Positions 1 through 8,407 of a stretch of DNA of 64,000 nt are shown here, piece after piece. Origin of the DNA: Bacilli bacterium (GTDB lineage: Bacteria; Bacillota_I; Bacilli_A; RF39; UBA660); contig JAVBQF010000006.1 of assembly GCA_031549195.1 (NCBI GenBank), positions 40,091 through 104,090 of the forward strand, written 5' to 3'. Both the position numbers and the translations under genes were made by a program. Within the stretch, counting starts at the first letter, position 1. Each line of letters begins with the position of its first letter. Below the pieces are notes generated by a model. It was not told the origin of the DNA and made no database searches. It was given only the letters and a program-made list of their open reading frames with translations.

Positions 1-37
1 TTTGGTAGTGGCGGTGGACTATAGAATAGTTTAATTT

Positions 38-66
38 TAAAGATTCATAAAAATGAATCTTTTTAA
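38..66 (+). terminator. Rho-independent terminator-like hairpin (AAGATTCAT-aaaa-ATGAATCTT followed by a T-run) at the window start
   Basis: Perfect 9-bp inverted repeat with a 4-nt loop followed by TTTTT, read directly from the sequence. It presumably terminates an upstream gene that lies outside the window. Confidence 0.4.
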
Positions 67-144
67 TTTTTTACTGTAAAAATATTGTCTAATATGATAC
101 AATATTATATATAAAATAATACCAAAACATTGGTGGTGAGATTA

Positions 145-3114
145 ATGGAAGAAGAAAATTTACAAGCAGCAGAAGAAAAAAGAAAAAAAGGAAGTATTGC
201 TTCTAGATATTATTCTCAGCACATGCAAAATAATAGAAATAGAGTTAATCAAGGTAAAAACGGAGGCAAAGATAGCTTAGCAGATGCTCTTGAAAGAAAC
301 AAAATGAAGATAAAAAGAGATGCATTTACAAATGCAATTTCTGCAGCAGCAGGACCAGCAGCGCCTCTTGCAAAAGCGGCATTATCTACGCCAAAAGGGC
401 AAGAAGTAATGGATGATTTGATAAGCAAGACGGAGAGTCCAGAAAAAGCCGGAGAAACATTTATACAAAAAATTAAGATTAAAAAGGAAATAATTATTAC
501 GGCAATCCCCATTGTATTAACGACAGTGGCTTCTTTCTTATTACCAATGCTTCTTATATTACTTCTAAAGAATGCAGATAGTATATTATTTAGTGAACAA
601 GGTGGTAATGTTGATAAAGTAATACAGGATAAAGAAGTAGATTCTGCAAAGGAAGTCTCTGTTTTTACTAAGACAGAAGATTTATATTTAAAGGTAAACC
701 AAGTAGCAAAAGACTATCATAATAAATATGGATTAGAAATTGATAGAGATTTAATAGTTGCTACATTAGTATCGCAACTTCAAAATGATGAGTATGCCTA
801 TAGTGAAAAAACAAAAAAAGATGAAAATGGTAATATAGATTGGGATTGGTATGTAGAAAAGAAGATGATACCACAAGTAGATTTGCTTGCAAAATATCAA
901 ATTATGGAAGTAATTGGTCAAGGATCAGGCTTATGCACATCTCAGTGGCAAGAAGATGGTATCGACATGGAAAAGGTAGCTTCTCATGATACAAAAGCAA
1001 GTGTAATAGACTTTTTTCTAGGTTGGATATTTTATAAGGAAGCTGTAAAAAACGAACGTAACATAAGATGTGTAGCAGCTCCATTTAATGGAGAGTCTGA
1101 TTCTGTTAGTGTAATATCTACAGAAGAAGGAACTTATTCAGTAAATCTAGTAGGGAATGAATTAGTTGAAACAAAAAGTCCTTATACTGGTGGGGTATAC
1201 TTTTGGAATTTGGTTGGGCCAAAAGGATTTATATTTGAATATTATAATGACTATCTAGCTATACCCATAAAGAATGGAGATAAAGAGGCCCAATATGAAG
1301 CAAATAAAGCGCAAATACTTGAAATAGCACACAGTATTTATACTTATAGAAGAGGTCTAATAAACCCAAACTACTGTGAAAACTATAGAATTTTAAAAGA
1401 TCCAGTTGAACCAGAAATAAACGTTCTTCCAAATGATGCCGGTCTATATGGTGGAATATATGATCTAGAAACATATGTTGCAGGAGTAATGTCAATAGAG
1501 TTTCCTCCACATTTAGCAGGTAATACAGAAGCATTAAAAGCATTTGCAATATTAGCAAGAACATATGGGCTTGAAGTGATGCGTAAAGAGGGAAGCATAA
1601 AAAATAGTTCTGAAAATCAAAACTTTCATCCTAATGGAATAAATAATAAACAAATAAAAGATGCTGTTGAGGCTACTAGAGGACTAGTTCTGACTGGTAG
1701 GCAGGATGATCTTTGGGATAAAGATACAGTTGATCAAATTTTAGAAGAAAATGATTGGAGCGATTCTAATAAGAAAAAAATATTCGAATATCAATATTAT
1801 TTATATAATATTTTTATGTCAGAATATGATTCATTTTGTCCAACAACTTCACAAGAAGAAAATGGAGGATATTACCAACTTACTGCCAATCAAAATGGAT
1901 TGAAAATAAGTTCAGATTGGGTAAACGGAATGGGACTTAATAAAAAAGCAATATGTCCATGTAAAGCAAAAGGCTATAATGAAATTCATGTTTCATATGC
2001 TCAAAATAATGAATGGATTCTTTTAAATGGTAGCACAGCTATGAATCCATTTCCACACTATATTAGTTCAGACCGTGATGGACGCCAAGAAGGTGGGTAT
2101 ATGATGTGTTGGCGTAACAAAGATAATGATGGCAATGTTGGTGCAAAAATCTGTCTAAAAAAGAAGTTGGTACCAAACGATTATGGTGAATATGATGTAG
2201 TTGAAGATTGTAATACTCCTTCTGATTATGAATATATATATAGCTATAAACCATCAGGTGGCCATGGTAGAGGGGCTAGTCAATGGGGATTAAGGTACTT
2301 CGCTGAAAAAGGTTATAAAATGGAAGAACTATTGAAGTTATTCTATGACAGAAAAGGATCTGCAAGTTCGAATCATCATGTTCAAATTATGAGACTTGAA
2401 AGTTCTTTGGTTAGTGGACTATGTGATGTTCCAAAGGATTTATTCCCAAATGCCACACTTTACTATAAAGGCGAGATAGCAGTAACTAATAAAAAGTCAG
2501 TTATTTTAAGAGAACCATTGGGTGAATTTTTAGATCAACATAAGGTTGAAGGAGAAAAAAAGAACGGATTAGATCTTTATAAAGAACTAATTGAATCAAA
2601 AGCTAATTTAGCAGGACTTGGAACTGGTGAAGCAGTTGCTCAAGTTGCTATTGCTATGATTTCTAGCTTGGATCAAACATATAAACTTAAAATACCAGTA
2701 TCATTTGATGGTGGTATGAAAGAAGAAGATGCCATAATAGATGGACAATGGGGATCTTCAATTCCATGTGGGCCTTACTCTTGTGTTAAAGGACTAAGTA
2801 ACAGCGGTTTTGTAAACACCGTTTTGACTTTGGCAGGATTTAAATACAAGAGTTACAAAGCTGACCAATGGAGTACTGTTGGATTAAAAAAAGATATTGA
2901 TACTTGTGATGCTAAAAGAGGAGACTTAATTTGGCATCAAGGTGCAGTTATGATAATTCTTGAAAAAGGTGAAGGAAATTCCTTTTATGTAGCAAATGCT
3001 AAAAGTATTGATACAGGTATCATTATAGAAGAGATTCAATGTAATAATAAAACTTTTGCAAAACCTAATTATATAATTGATATGTCAGATTATTATTCAA
3101 AGAACAAGAAATAA
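145..3114 (+). CDS. Membrane-anchored multidomain cell-wall hydrolase: SpoIID/LytB-type lytic transglycosylase domain plus a C-terminal NlpC/P60-like endopeptidase domain. Likely the peptidoglycan hydrolase of a conjugative element.
   Basis: ATG at 145 follows GGTGGTGAG; the ORF track begins at a TTG at 130. There is a TM helix at aa ~120-150 (IIITAIPIVLTTVASFLLPMLLILLL). A SpoIID signature is present (DLETYVAGVMSIEFPPHLAGNTEALKAFAILARTYGLEV ... GGHGRGASQWGLRYFAEKGYKMEELLKLFY). The C-terminal NlpC/P60-like motifs are SCVKGLSNSGFV (catalytic Cys), RGDLIWHQGAVMIIL (His) and FYVANAKS. It sits next to a lipoprotein gene and a VirD4-like ATPase gene. Confidence 0.6.
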   Translation: MEEENLQAAEEKRKKGSIASRYYSQHMQNNRNRVNQGKNGGKDSLADALERNKMKIKRDAFTNAISAAAGPAAPLAKAALSTPKGQEVMDDLISKTESPEKAGETFIQKIKIKKEIIITAIPIVLTTVASFLLPMLLILLLKNADSILFSEQGGNVDKVIQDKEVDSAKEVSVFTKTEDLYLKVNQVAKDYHNKYGLEIDRDLIVATLVSQLQNDEYAYSEKTKKDENGNIDWDWYVEKKMIPQVDLLAKYQIMEVIGQGSGLCTSQWQEDGIDMEKVASHDTKASVIDFFLGWIFYKEAVKNERNIRCVAAPFNGESDSVSVISTEEGTYSVNLVGNELVETKSPYTGGVYFWNLVGPKGFIFEYYNDYLAIPIKNGDKEAQYEANKAQILEIAHSIYTYRRGLINPNYCENYRILKDPVEPEINVLPNDAGLYGGIYDLETYVAGVMSIEFPPHLAGNTEALKAFAILARTYGLEVMRKEGSIKNSSENQNFHPNGINNKQIKDAVEATRGLVLTGRQDDLWDKDTVDQILEENDWSDSNKKKIFEYQYYLYNIFMSEYDSFCPTTSQEENGGYYQLTANQNGLKISSDWVNGMGLNKKAICPCKAKGYNEIHVSYAQNNEWILLNGSTAMNPFPHYISSDRDGRQEGGYMMCWRNKDNDGNVGAKICLKKKLVPNDYGEYDVVEDCNTPSDYEYIYSYKPSGGHGRGASQWGLRYFAEKGYKMEELLKLFYDRKGSASSNHHVQIMRLESSLVSGLCDVPKDLFPNATLYYKGEIAVTNKKSVILREPLGEFLDQHKVEGEKKNGLDLYKELIESKANLAGLGTGEAVAQVAIAMISSLDQTYKLKIPVSFDGGMKEEDAIIDGQWGSSIPCGPYSCVKGLSNSGFVNTVLTLAGFKYKSYKADQWSTVGLKKDIDTCDAKRGDLIWHQGAVMIILEKGEGNSFYVANAKSIDTGIIIEEIQCNNKTFAKPNYIIDMSDYYSKNKK

Positions 3115-3126
3115 CTAGGAGGAACT

Positions 3127-3864
3127 ATGACTAATATAAAAAAAACAATAGTGGCACTAATATTACTAGTTTTTCTTACTGGGTGTCAAGGTAGTTATAC
3201 ATTACATATAGACGAGAATACTTTTAAGGAAGAACTAACAGCAAGTGAGGATGATGCAGCTTATTTTGACTTTGTCGAAGAATATTCTGGATATTCAACA
3301 AGAGGTGCATTTGAACAGGCATACAATTCTAATACAACTTCTCTTTATGACTCGCAAACTTTTCCTGAGTTAGAAGAAAAGGTGGAAGGAATTCCATATT
3401 ATAATAAGAAGTATAATGCAACAGATAGTTTATTAGAATTGAAGTATAGTTATGCCTTTACTTATGATAATTATGCATCTTCTTCTATCATTCAAAAGTT
3501 CTTTCCTGAATTTACAATGACAGAACATGTTGGATATGTAGAATTGAATACTGGTGATACTTGTAATGTATTTTACTACTATCCTAAATTAAAAGAGATA
3601 AGGATAACTATAACAACAGATTTTAATGTAGGTTTAAATAATGCAACAAAGAAGGATGATAATAGTTATACTTGGCTAATATCGAAAGATACAATTAATA
3701 ACAGGACACTTACTAGAGCACTGTTTTTCAATTATGAAAAGGGTGTAATAGCAGCAAATATTAATTGGGTTTTATATATCATAATATTTGTCTTTGCACT
3801 TGCAATTATTGGAATAATTGCTATAATATTTGCTAGAAGCCATGAGAAAAAGATGAAAATATAA
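3127..3864 (+). CDS. Lipoprotein with a C-terminal TM anchor. Function unknown; possibly a T4SS or ICE accessory protein.
   Basis: Signal peptide with lipobox LTGC. The C-terminus is hydrophobic (VLYIIIFVFALAIIGIIAIIFA). RBS AGGAGG lies 7 nt upstream. It lies between the hydrolase and the coupling-protein genes on the same strand. Confidence 0.5.
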   Translation: MTNIKKTIVALILLVFLTGCQGSYTLHIDENTFKEELTASEDDAAYFDFVEEYSGYSTRGAFEQAYNSNTTSLYDSQTFPELEEKVEGIPYYNKKYNATDSLLELKYSYAFTYDNYASSSIIQKFFPEFTMTEHVGYVELNTGDTCNVFYYYPKLKEIRITITTDFNVGLNNATKKDDNSYTWLISKDTINNRTLTRALFFNYEKGVIAANINWVLYIIIFVFALAIIGIIAIIFARSHEKKMKI

Positions 3865-3880
3865 CTTAGGAGGTACAATA

Positions 3881-6361
3881 ATGAAATTTAAAGTAGTTGC
3901 TGAAGCAAGAGATATACTAATTTTTATAATATTCGCAATATTTCTTTTATATGTTGTAGCCCTAGGCGTATTAAACTTTCAAACTTTAGCTGCAACTGGG
4001 AGATTTTTTGGTATAAATCCAATCCCTGCATTCTCACCTGATAATCTAACATATACAATATTCTTTTATATATTTTCTTTAGCAGGCTTATTTATGAGTG
4101 TAAGTTCTTATTTCTTTGAAATGGAATCAGGCTTTGGAGTAAGTTCTTCAAAGAAAGAAAAAGGATATACTAGATGGGCAAAAGATAAGGAAATGTACAA
4201 AGAGTTAAAGTGTGTGCATCCAACAGATGAAAAATCAGAATATGCTGGCGTTCCTTTAATTAGTAATGGAAAAGAACTATGGGTAGATGATGGAGAGTTT
4301 CACAACTTAGTAATAGGAGCAACTGGATCTGGTAAAACACAAAGTACAATATTACCAGCAGTAAAAGTATTAGCTAAGAAAGGCGAGTCAATTATATGTA
4401 CTGACCCTAAGGGTGAAATATATGAAAAAACAGGCGGATTATTAAAAGCAAAGGGCTATAATATTATACTTTTAAACTTTCGTAATCCACAAAGGGGAAA
4501 CGCTTGGAATCCAATTACCTTACCTTACAGGCTTTATAAAAATGACAATAAGGATAAAGCAATAGAGTTATTAGATGACCTTGCTTTAAATATTCTATAT
4601 GAAGAAAATAGCGGTAATGCAGATCCGTTTTGGGAGAAAACATCAGCTGACTATTTTTCAGGATTAACACTTGGAATGTTTGAAGACACGACAGAAGACA
4701 AGATAAATATCAACAGTATTAGCTTAACTACTACAGTTGGTGAAGATAAATGTGGTGGATCAACATATGTAAAAGAATACTTTGGCTTGAAAGATCCTAA
4801 TAGTGCAGCATATATAAATGCAAGTGGTACTATTATGGCACCAAATGAAACAAAGGGAAGTATTATTGCTGTATTCAAACAAAAAATCAAATTATTTTCA
4901 TCTCGTGAGAACTTATCAGAAATGTTATCTTATAGTGATTTTGATATGGAAGATATAGGTAAGAAACCTACAGCAGTTTTCATTATTATTCAAGATGAAA
5001 AGAAGACATATCATTCACTTGCAACTATATTTGTTAAACAATGCTATGAGACGCTTATTGATGTAGCGCAACAAAATGGTGGAAAACTTCCTTGTAGAAC
5101 GAATTTTCTACTAGATGAGTTTGCTAATATGCCACCACTTAAAGATGTTACAACAATGATTACAGCAGCTCGTTCAAGACAAATAAGGTTTACACTTATT
5201 ATTCAGAACTTTGCACAGTTAACACAAGTATATGGTAAGGAAAATGCAGAGACTATAAAAGGTAACTGCGGTAACTTAATATATTTAATATCAACAGAGC
5301 TTGCAGCACTCGAAGAAATTAGTAAGTTATGCGGTGAAGTTAAATCTAAGAAAGATGATAAAACTGCATCAACACCACTAGTTACAGTAAGTGACTTGCA
5401 ACGTATGAAGCAGTTTGATCAAATAGTATTAAGAATGAGATCACATCCTTTTAAAACATCTTTTGTACCAGATTTTAAAATAAACTGGGGAAACACGAAA
5501 TATGAAAAAGTTGATTATCCAGAAAGAGAGAAAAAGCCTGTACAAGTATTTGACATTAGAGAATATGTAAAGGAAAAAAAGCAACAAAAGATAAAGGAAA
5601 TGATGGGAGAAGCGGGAAATGCAGCTCCAGGTGGAGCTATGCCTCCGTTTCCAGCACCTGCTCCAACACCAGTACAAGGAGCTTTTCCACCACCTGCAGC
5701 AGCACCTGCACCATATGGCGGGGAAGAGCTGATACCAGCACCACGTCCAATTATGCAACCTGTTACTGATTCAGTATCAACTACACCAAAGCCAGCACCA
5801 AAACCAATTCCAGACTTTGATGTTAATGACTTGGTTAAGAAGATAGATGCTAAGATTGCAGCAATGGAAGCTGAAGAGAAAAAGAACAAAGAAGAAGCTA
5901 AGGAACAACCTAAAGAAGTAGTAAAAGAAGAAATAATTGAAGAACCTAAATTGGAGCCGATTGCACCAAAGCCAATATATGAAAGTACAAATAATGGAAG
6001 AAGTGCACTATTGCCTTTAGAGGAACCTAGAAAAGAAATGTCAACACAACAAATTCCTTCAAATGATGTAGATGAATATAAACCACTTATATCATCAGGT
6101 GTAATAGAAAATAAGGTTAATAATATAATTGCTTCTAGATTATTAAGTACTGAAGAAGAAGTAAAACCACAGGCAATTGAAAAGGTGGAGCCAGTAGTAG
6201 AAATGGATAGACCGCCTATAGGAGATATAACAAGAGCATTAACTGCAGAACCAATTATTCCAACAGAGAATGCCTATGTTCCTAACAAGCCAACTCCAAC
6301 AATTAGATTAGAAGATGTTAAAGAAGATGATAAATTCTTCGATGATTTCTTTGAAGACTAA
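3881..6361 (+). CDS. Type IV secretion coupling protein (VirD4/TraG/TraD-like ATPase) with a ~300-aa Pro/Ala/Glu/Lys-rich C-terminal tail
   Basis: Two N-terminal TM helices. Walker A is VIGATGSGKTQS, the Walker B-like motif is FLLDEFANMPPL, and there is a TLIIQNFAQL motif. The Walker A to Walker B spacing is ~265 aa, as in VirD4-type T4CPs rather than FtsK-type. RBS is GGAGG. The low-complexity tail reads APGGAMPPFPAPAPTPVQGAFPPPAAAPAP...PKPAPKPIP. Confidence 0.6.
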   Translation: MKFKVVAEARDILIFIIFAIFLLYVVALGVLNFQTLAATGRFFGINPIPAFSPDNLTYTIFFYIFSLAGLFMSVSSYFFEMESGFGVSSSKKEKGYTRWAKDKEMYKELKCVHPTDEKSEYAGVPLISNGKELWVDDGEFHNLVIGATGSGKTQSTILPAVKVLAKKGESIICTDPKGEIYEKTGGLLKAKGYNIILLNFRNPQRGNAWNPITLPYRLYKNDNKDKAIELLDDLALNILYEENSGNADPFWEKTSADYFSGLTLGMFEDTTEDKININSISLTTTVGEDKCGGSTYVKEYFGLKDPNSAAYINASGTIMAPNETKGSIIAVFKQKIKLFSSRENLSEMLSYSDFDMEDIGKKPTAVFIIIQDEKKTYHSLATIFVKQCYETLIDVAQQNGGKLPCRTNFLLDEFANMPPLKDVTTMITAARSRQIRFTLIIQNFAQLTQVYGKENAETIKGNCGNLIYLISTELAALEEISKLCGEVKSKKDDKTASTPLVTVSDLQRMKQFDQIVLRMRSHPFKTSFVPDFKINWGNTKYEKVDYPEREKKPVQVFDIREYVKEKKQQKIKEMMGEAGNAAPGGAMPPFPAPAPTPVQGAFPPPAAAPAPYGGEELIPAPRPIMQPVTDSVSTTPKPAPKPIPDFDVNDLVKKIDAKIAAMEAEEKKNKEEAKEQPKEVVKEEIIEEPKLEPIAPKPIYESTNNGRSALLPLEEPRKEMSTQQIPSNDVDEYKPLISSGVIENKVNNIIASRLLSTEEEVKPQAIEKVEPVVEMDRPPIGDITRALTAEPIIPTENAYVPNKPTPTIRLEDVKEDDKFFDDFFED

Positions 6362-6388
6362 AAAGACTGTCATTAATTGACAGTTTTT
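6361..6388. terminator. Bidirectional terminator hairpin between the T4CP gene (+) and the activase gene (-)
   Basis: AAAAGACTGTCA-ttaat-TGACAGTTTTT: a 7-bp GC-containing stem flanked by an A-run and a T-run. Confidence 0.5.
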
Positions 6389-7335
6389 AAATTACTTAAA
6401 CCATTATCGCATTTATTACCCCATGCATCAAGAAGGCTATTATTACTTTTTACACAAATTATTTCACATCCGTTTGGACATTTATTACATTCAATACTTC
6501 TTGTTTCAAACTTAATATCTAGTACATCAAAGCTGAATAAGTTTTCTTTTTTTTCTTTTCTCGCTAAGATAGCAACACCTAAAGCCCCCATAAGATGCCC
6601 ATATTGAGATACCTTAACTGTTTCTCCTAAATATTTTTCAAATGCTTTTTGGACACCAATGTTCTTGCTTACACCACCTTGAAATATTATAGGAGCGGTT
6701 ATTTTTTTCCCCTTAGCAACATTATTCAAGTAATTTCTTACTATACTTTCACAAAGTCCTGCCACAATATCTTCCTTCTTATGTCCGGTACCTGCCTTAT
6801 GAACTAAATCTGATTCTGCAAACACAGTACATCTAGCAGCTATTTTAGTTGGATTTGTTGAGCTAAGAGCAATATTTCCAAATTCCTCAACGGGAATATT
6901 TAGTCTCCTAGCTTGACTTGACAAGAAAGCACCACATCCTGCTGCACATAATGTATTCATAGCATAGTCAGTAACAATACCATCTTCTATCAAAATGATC
7001 TTGGAGTCCTGCCCACCAATTTCTAATATTGTCTTAGTATCAGGATACATTGATAGTGTCCCTATCGCATGAGCAGTTATCTCATTTTTAACAGTATTAG
7101 CTTTAAGTATTGTGCCTATTAATCGTCTAGCACTTCCAGTAGTACCAACACTTACAATCTGATATAACTCTTGATTAAAGTTACTTTTCAATATTCTAAG
7201 TAGAGTAGTTATTGCAGTTATTGGACTGCCATTTGTTTCAATATAAGCTTCTGATAGAATATTATTGTATTCATCTATTATCACACCCTTTGTTGAAACT
7301 GAGCCGACATCAACCCCTAAGTAGCATTTATTCAT
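6373..7335 (-). CDS. CoA-substrate-specific enzyme activase (BadF/BadG/BcrA/BcrD-type ASKHA ATPase, HgdC-like) with a C-terminal Cys-rich segment
   Basis: The N-terminus MNKCYLGVDVGSVSTKGVIIDE is a typical acetate/sugar-kinase-fold phosphate-1 motif. The C-terminus is CNKCPNGCEIICVKSNNSLLDAWGNKCDNG. The start overlaps the upstream gene's stop (ATGAATAA), which indicates translational coupling. Confidence 0.6.
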   Translation of the reverse strand: MNKCYLGVDVGSVSTKGVIIDEYNNILSEAYIETNGSPITAITTLLRILKSNFNQELYQIVSVGTTGSARRLIGTILKANTVKNEITAHAIGTLSMYPDTKTILEIGGQDSKIILIEDGIVTDYAMNTLCAAGCGAFLSSQARRLNIPVEEFGNIALSSTNPTKIAARCTVFAESDLVHKAGTGHKKEDIVAGLCESIVRNYLNNVAKGKKITAPIIFQGGVSKNIGVQKAFEKYLGETVKVSQYGHLMGALGVAILARKEKKENLFSFDVLDIKFETRSIECNKCPNGCEIICVKSNNSLLDAWGNKCDNGLSNLKTVN

Positions 7336-8407
7336 CTTTTTTCTCCTTACTTAAAACTAACATGTCATGAAATGCTTCTAATCTAGTTTTAATACCTTCC
7401 ATACTTGTTTGATTATCAAATGAAAAGTATATAATTGGCATTCCTTCTTCTTTACATACTTTATCTATTATTGGTATAGCAGTAATCTCAGGAGTACACC
7501 CAAATGGTTTAATATGAATTATACCATCATAACCATCATCTATAAGCTTCTTAGCTCTATAAACATTATCAAGTCCATCTGCACCAATCTTATGCTTAAC
7601 ATAATCATTAACATATCTAAGCATTTTTTTACCTTCAAATCTCTTCTTTATAAGTAAATAAGTAACATTTGTGAACCTTTTTACTTCAATATTCATACTT
7701 GCTAACTCTTTTTCTAAAAAGTAACTAGCAAATGGTTCCATAGAAGTATATAATTCTCCAATAATACCAACTTTAATTCTATTTTCTTTCTTATTAACTG
7801 GAATTTCCTTAAACTTTTTCTTATACTTAAAATATAAATATGTCAATTTAGTAAATGTTCTGACTTTAGTAAAGTCATTATGCATCTCCTCTTTAATCTT
7901 TAAAAATTCCCCACTATTTACTTCGAAGCCAATATTTAATCTTATATAGTCATCCAACTTATCCATGTAATTAATCATTAAAAGAGTAAGTAGAGTATAA
8001 TATCCATATTTAAAGAAGTTTAAATCTTCATTTATACATTTGAACTTTTTATATAGAGTAATCGGCGTTAGAGAGTCACTATCTGTTAGTGCATAAAAAT
8101 CAAAATCATATCCTAAATCCTTCAATATTTTTTTTTGCACTTCAGCATAATATCCATAACGACATCCACCACCAGCTTGTATTAATGTATTAGCTCCCAT
8201 CTCTAAGCTTTCAATAAAATTACCAAGATTATATTTAAAGGGGATACATACAAAATCAGGTGCATATTTAGAACCGAGTTCGATAGTCTTTTTCGTAATT
8301 GGTGGAGTATTTAATATTTTCACTTTTAATATTTTACTAATTAAATAGCTAATTGGAATGGAGTAATCACCAAGATGTGGAAAAGCAATTATCTTTTCAT
8401 CATTCAT
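7328..8407 (-). CDS. 2-hydroxyacyl-CoA dehydratase-like or DUF2229-type protein (partner subunit of the activase)
   Basis: Family-level call based on the conserved activase plus two dehydratase-like subunit gene triad. The likely start is MNDEKII at 8407, with RBS GGGGG, and it overlaps the upstream gene's stop (TATGAATGA). The ORF track extends to 8458, which would overlap the upstream gene by 59 bp. Confidence 0.45.
   Translation of the reverse strand: MNDEKIIAFPHLGDYSIPISYLISKILKVKILNTPPITKKTIELGSKYAPDFVCIPFKYNLGNFIESLEMGANTLIQAGGGCRYGYYAEVQKKILKDLGYDFDFYALTDSDSLTPITLYKKFKCINEDLNFFKYGYYTLLTLLMINYMDKLDDYIRLNIGFEVNSGEFLKIKEEMHNDFTKVRTFTKLTYLYFKYKKKFKEIPVNKKENRIKVGIIGELYTSMEPFASYFLEKELASMNIEVKRFTNVTYLLIKKRFEGKKMLRYVNDYVKHKIGADGLDNVYRAKKLIDDGYDGIIHIKPFGCTPEITAIPIIDKVCKEEGMPIIYFSFDNQTSMEGIKTRLEAFHDMLVLSKEKKDE

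Larger units (their letters stand above)
1..6361 (+). mobile_element. Partial conjugative-element (ICE or conjugative-plasmid-like) transfer module: hydrolase, lipoprotein and T4CP. The left boundary lies outside the window.
   Basis: Three co-oriented genes typical of Gram-positive conjugation systems. No relaxase, VirB4 or integrase is inside the window. The right edge is uncertain: a convergent hairpin at 6361-6388 separates the module from the oppositely oriented CoA-activase cluster. Confidence 0.4.

Noticed and set aside
249-1598. Minus-strand ORFs (249-512, 902-1084, 1259-1564, 1383-1598) inside the hydrolase gene
   Set aside because: They are fully embedded antisense to a long, motif-supported CDS. 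They have L/F/I/S-rich antisense-type composition and no RBS.
4651-5889. Minus-strand ORFs 4651-4890, 5441-5758 and 5515-5889, including Cys/Trp-rich and Gly/Ala-rich translations
   Set aside because: Antisense to the coupling-protein gene. The odd compositions simply mirror the Pro/Ala-rich codons (GCn/CCn) of the sense strand.
6377-6607. Plus-strand 76-aa ORF overlapping the activase gene
   Set aside because: Antisense to a well-supported CDS, hydrophobic low-complexity translation.
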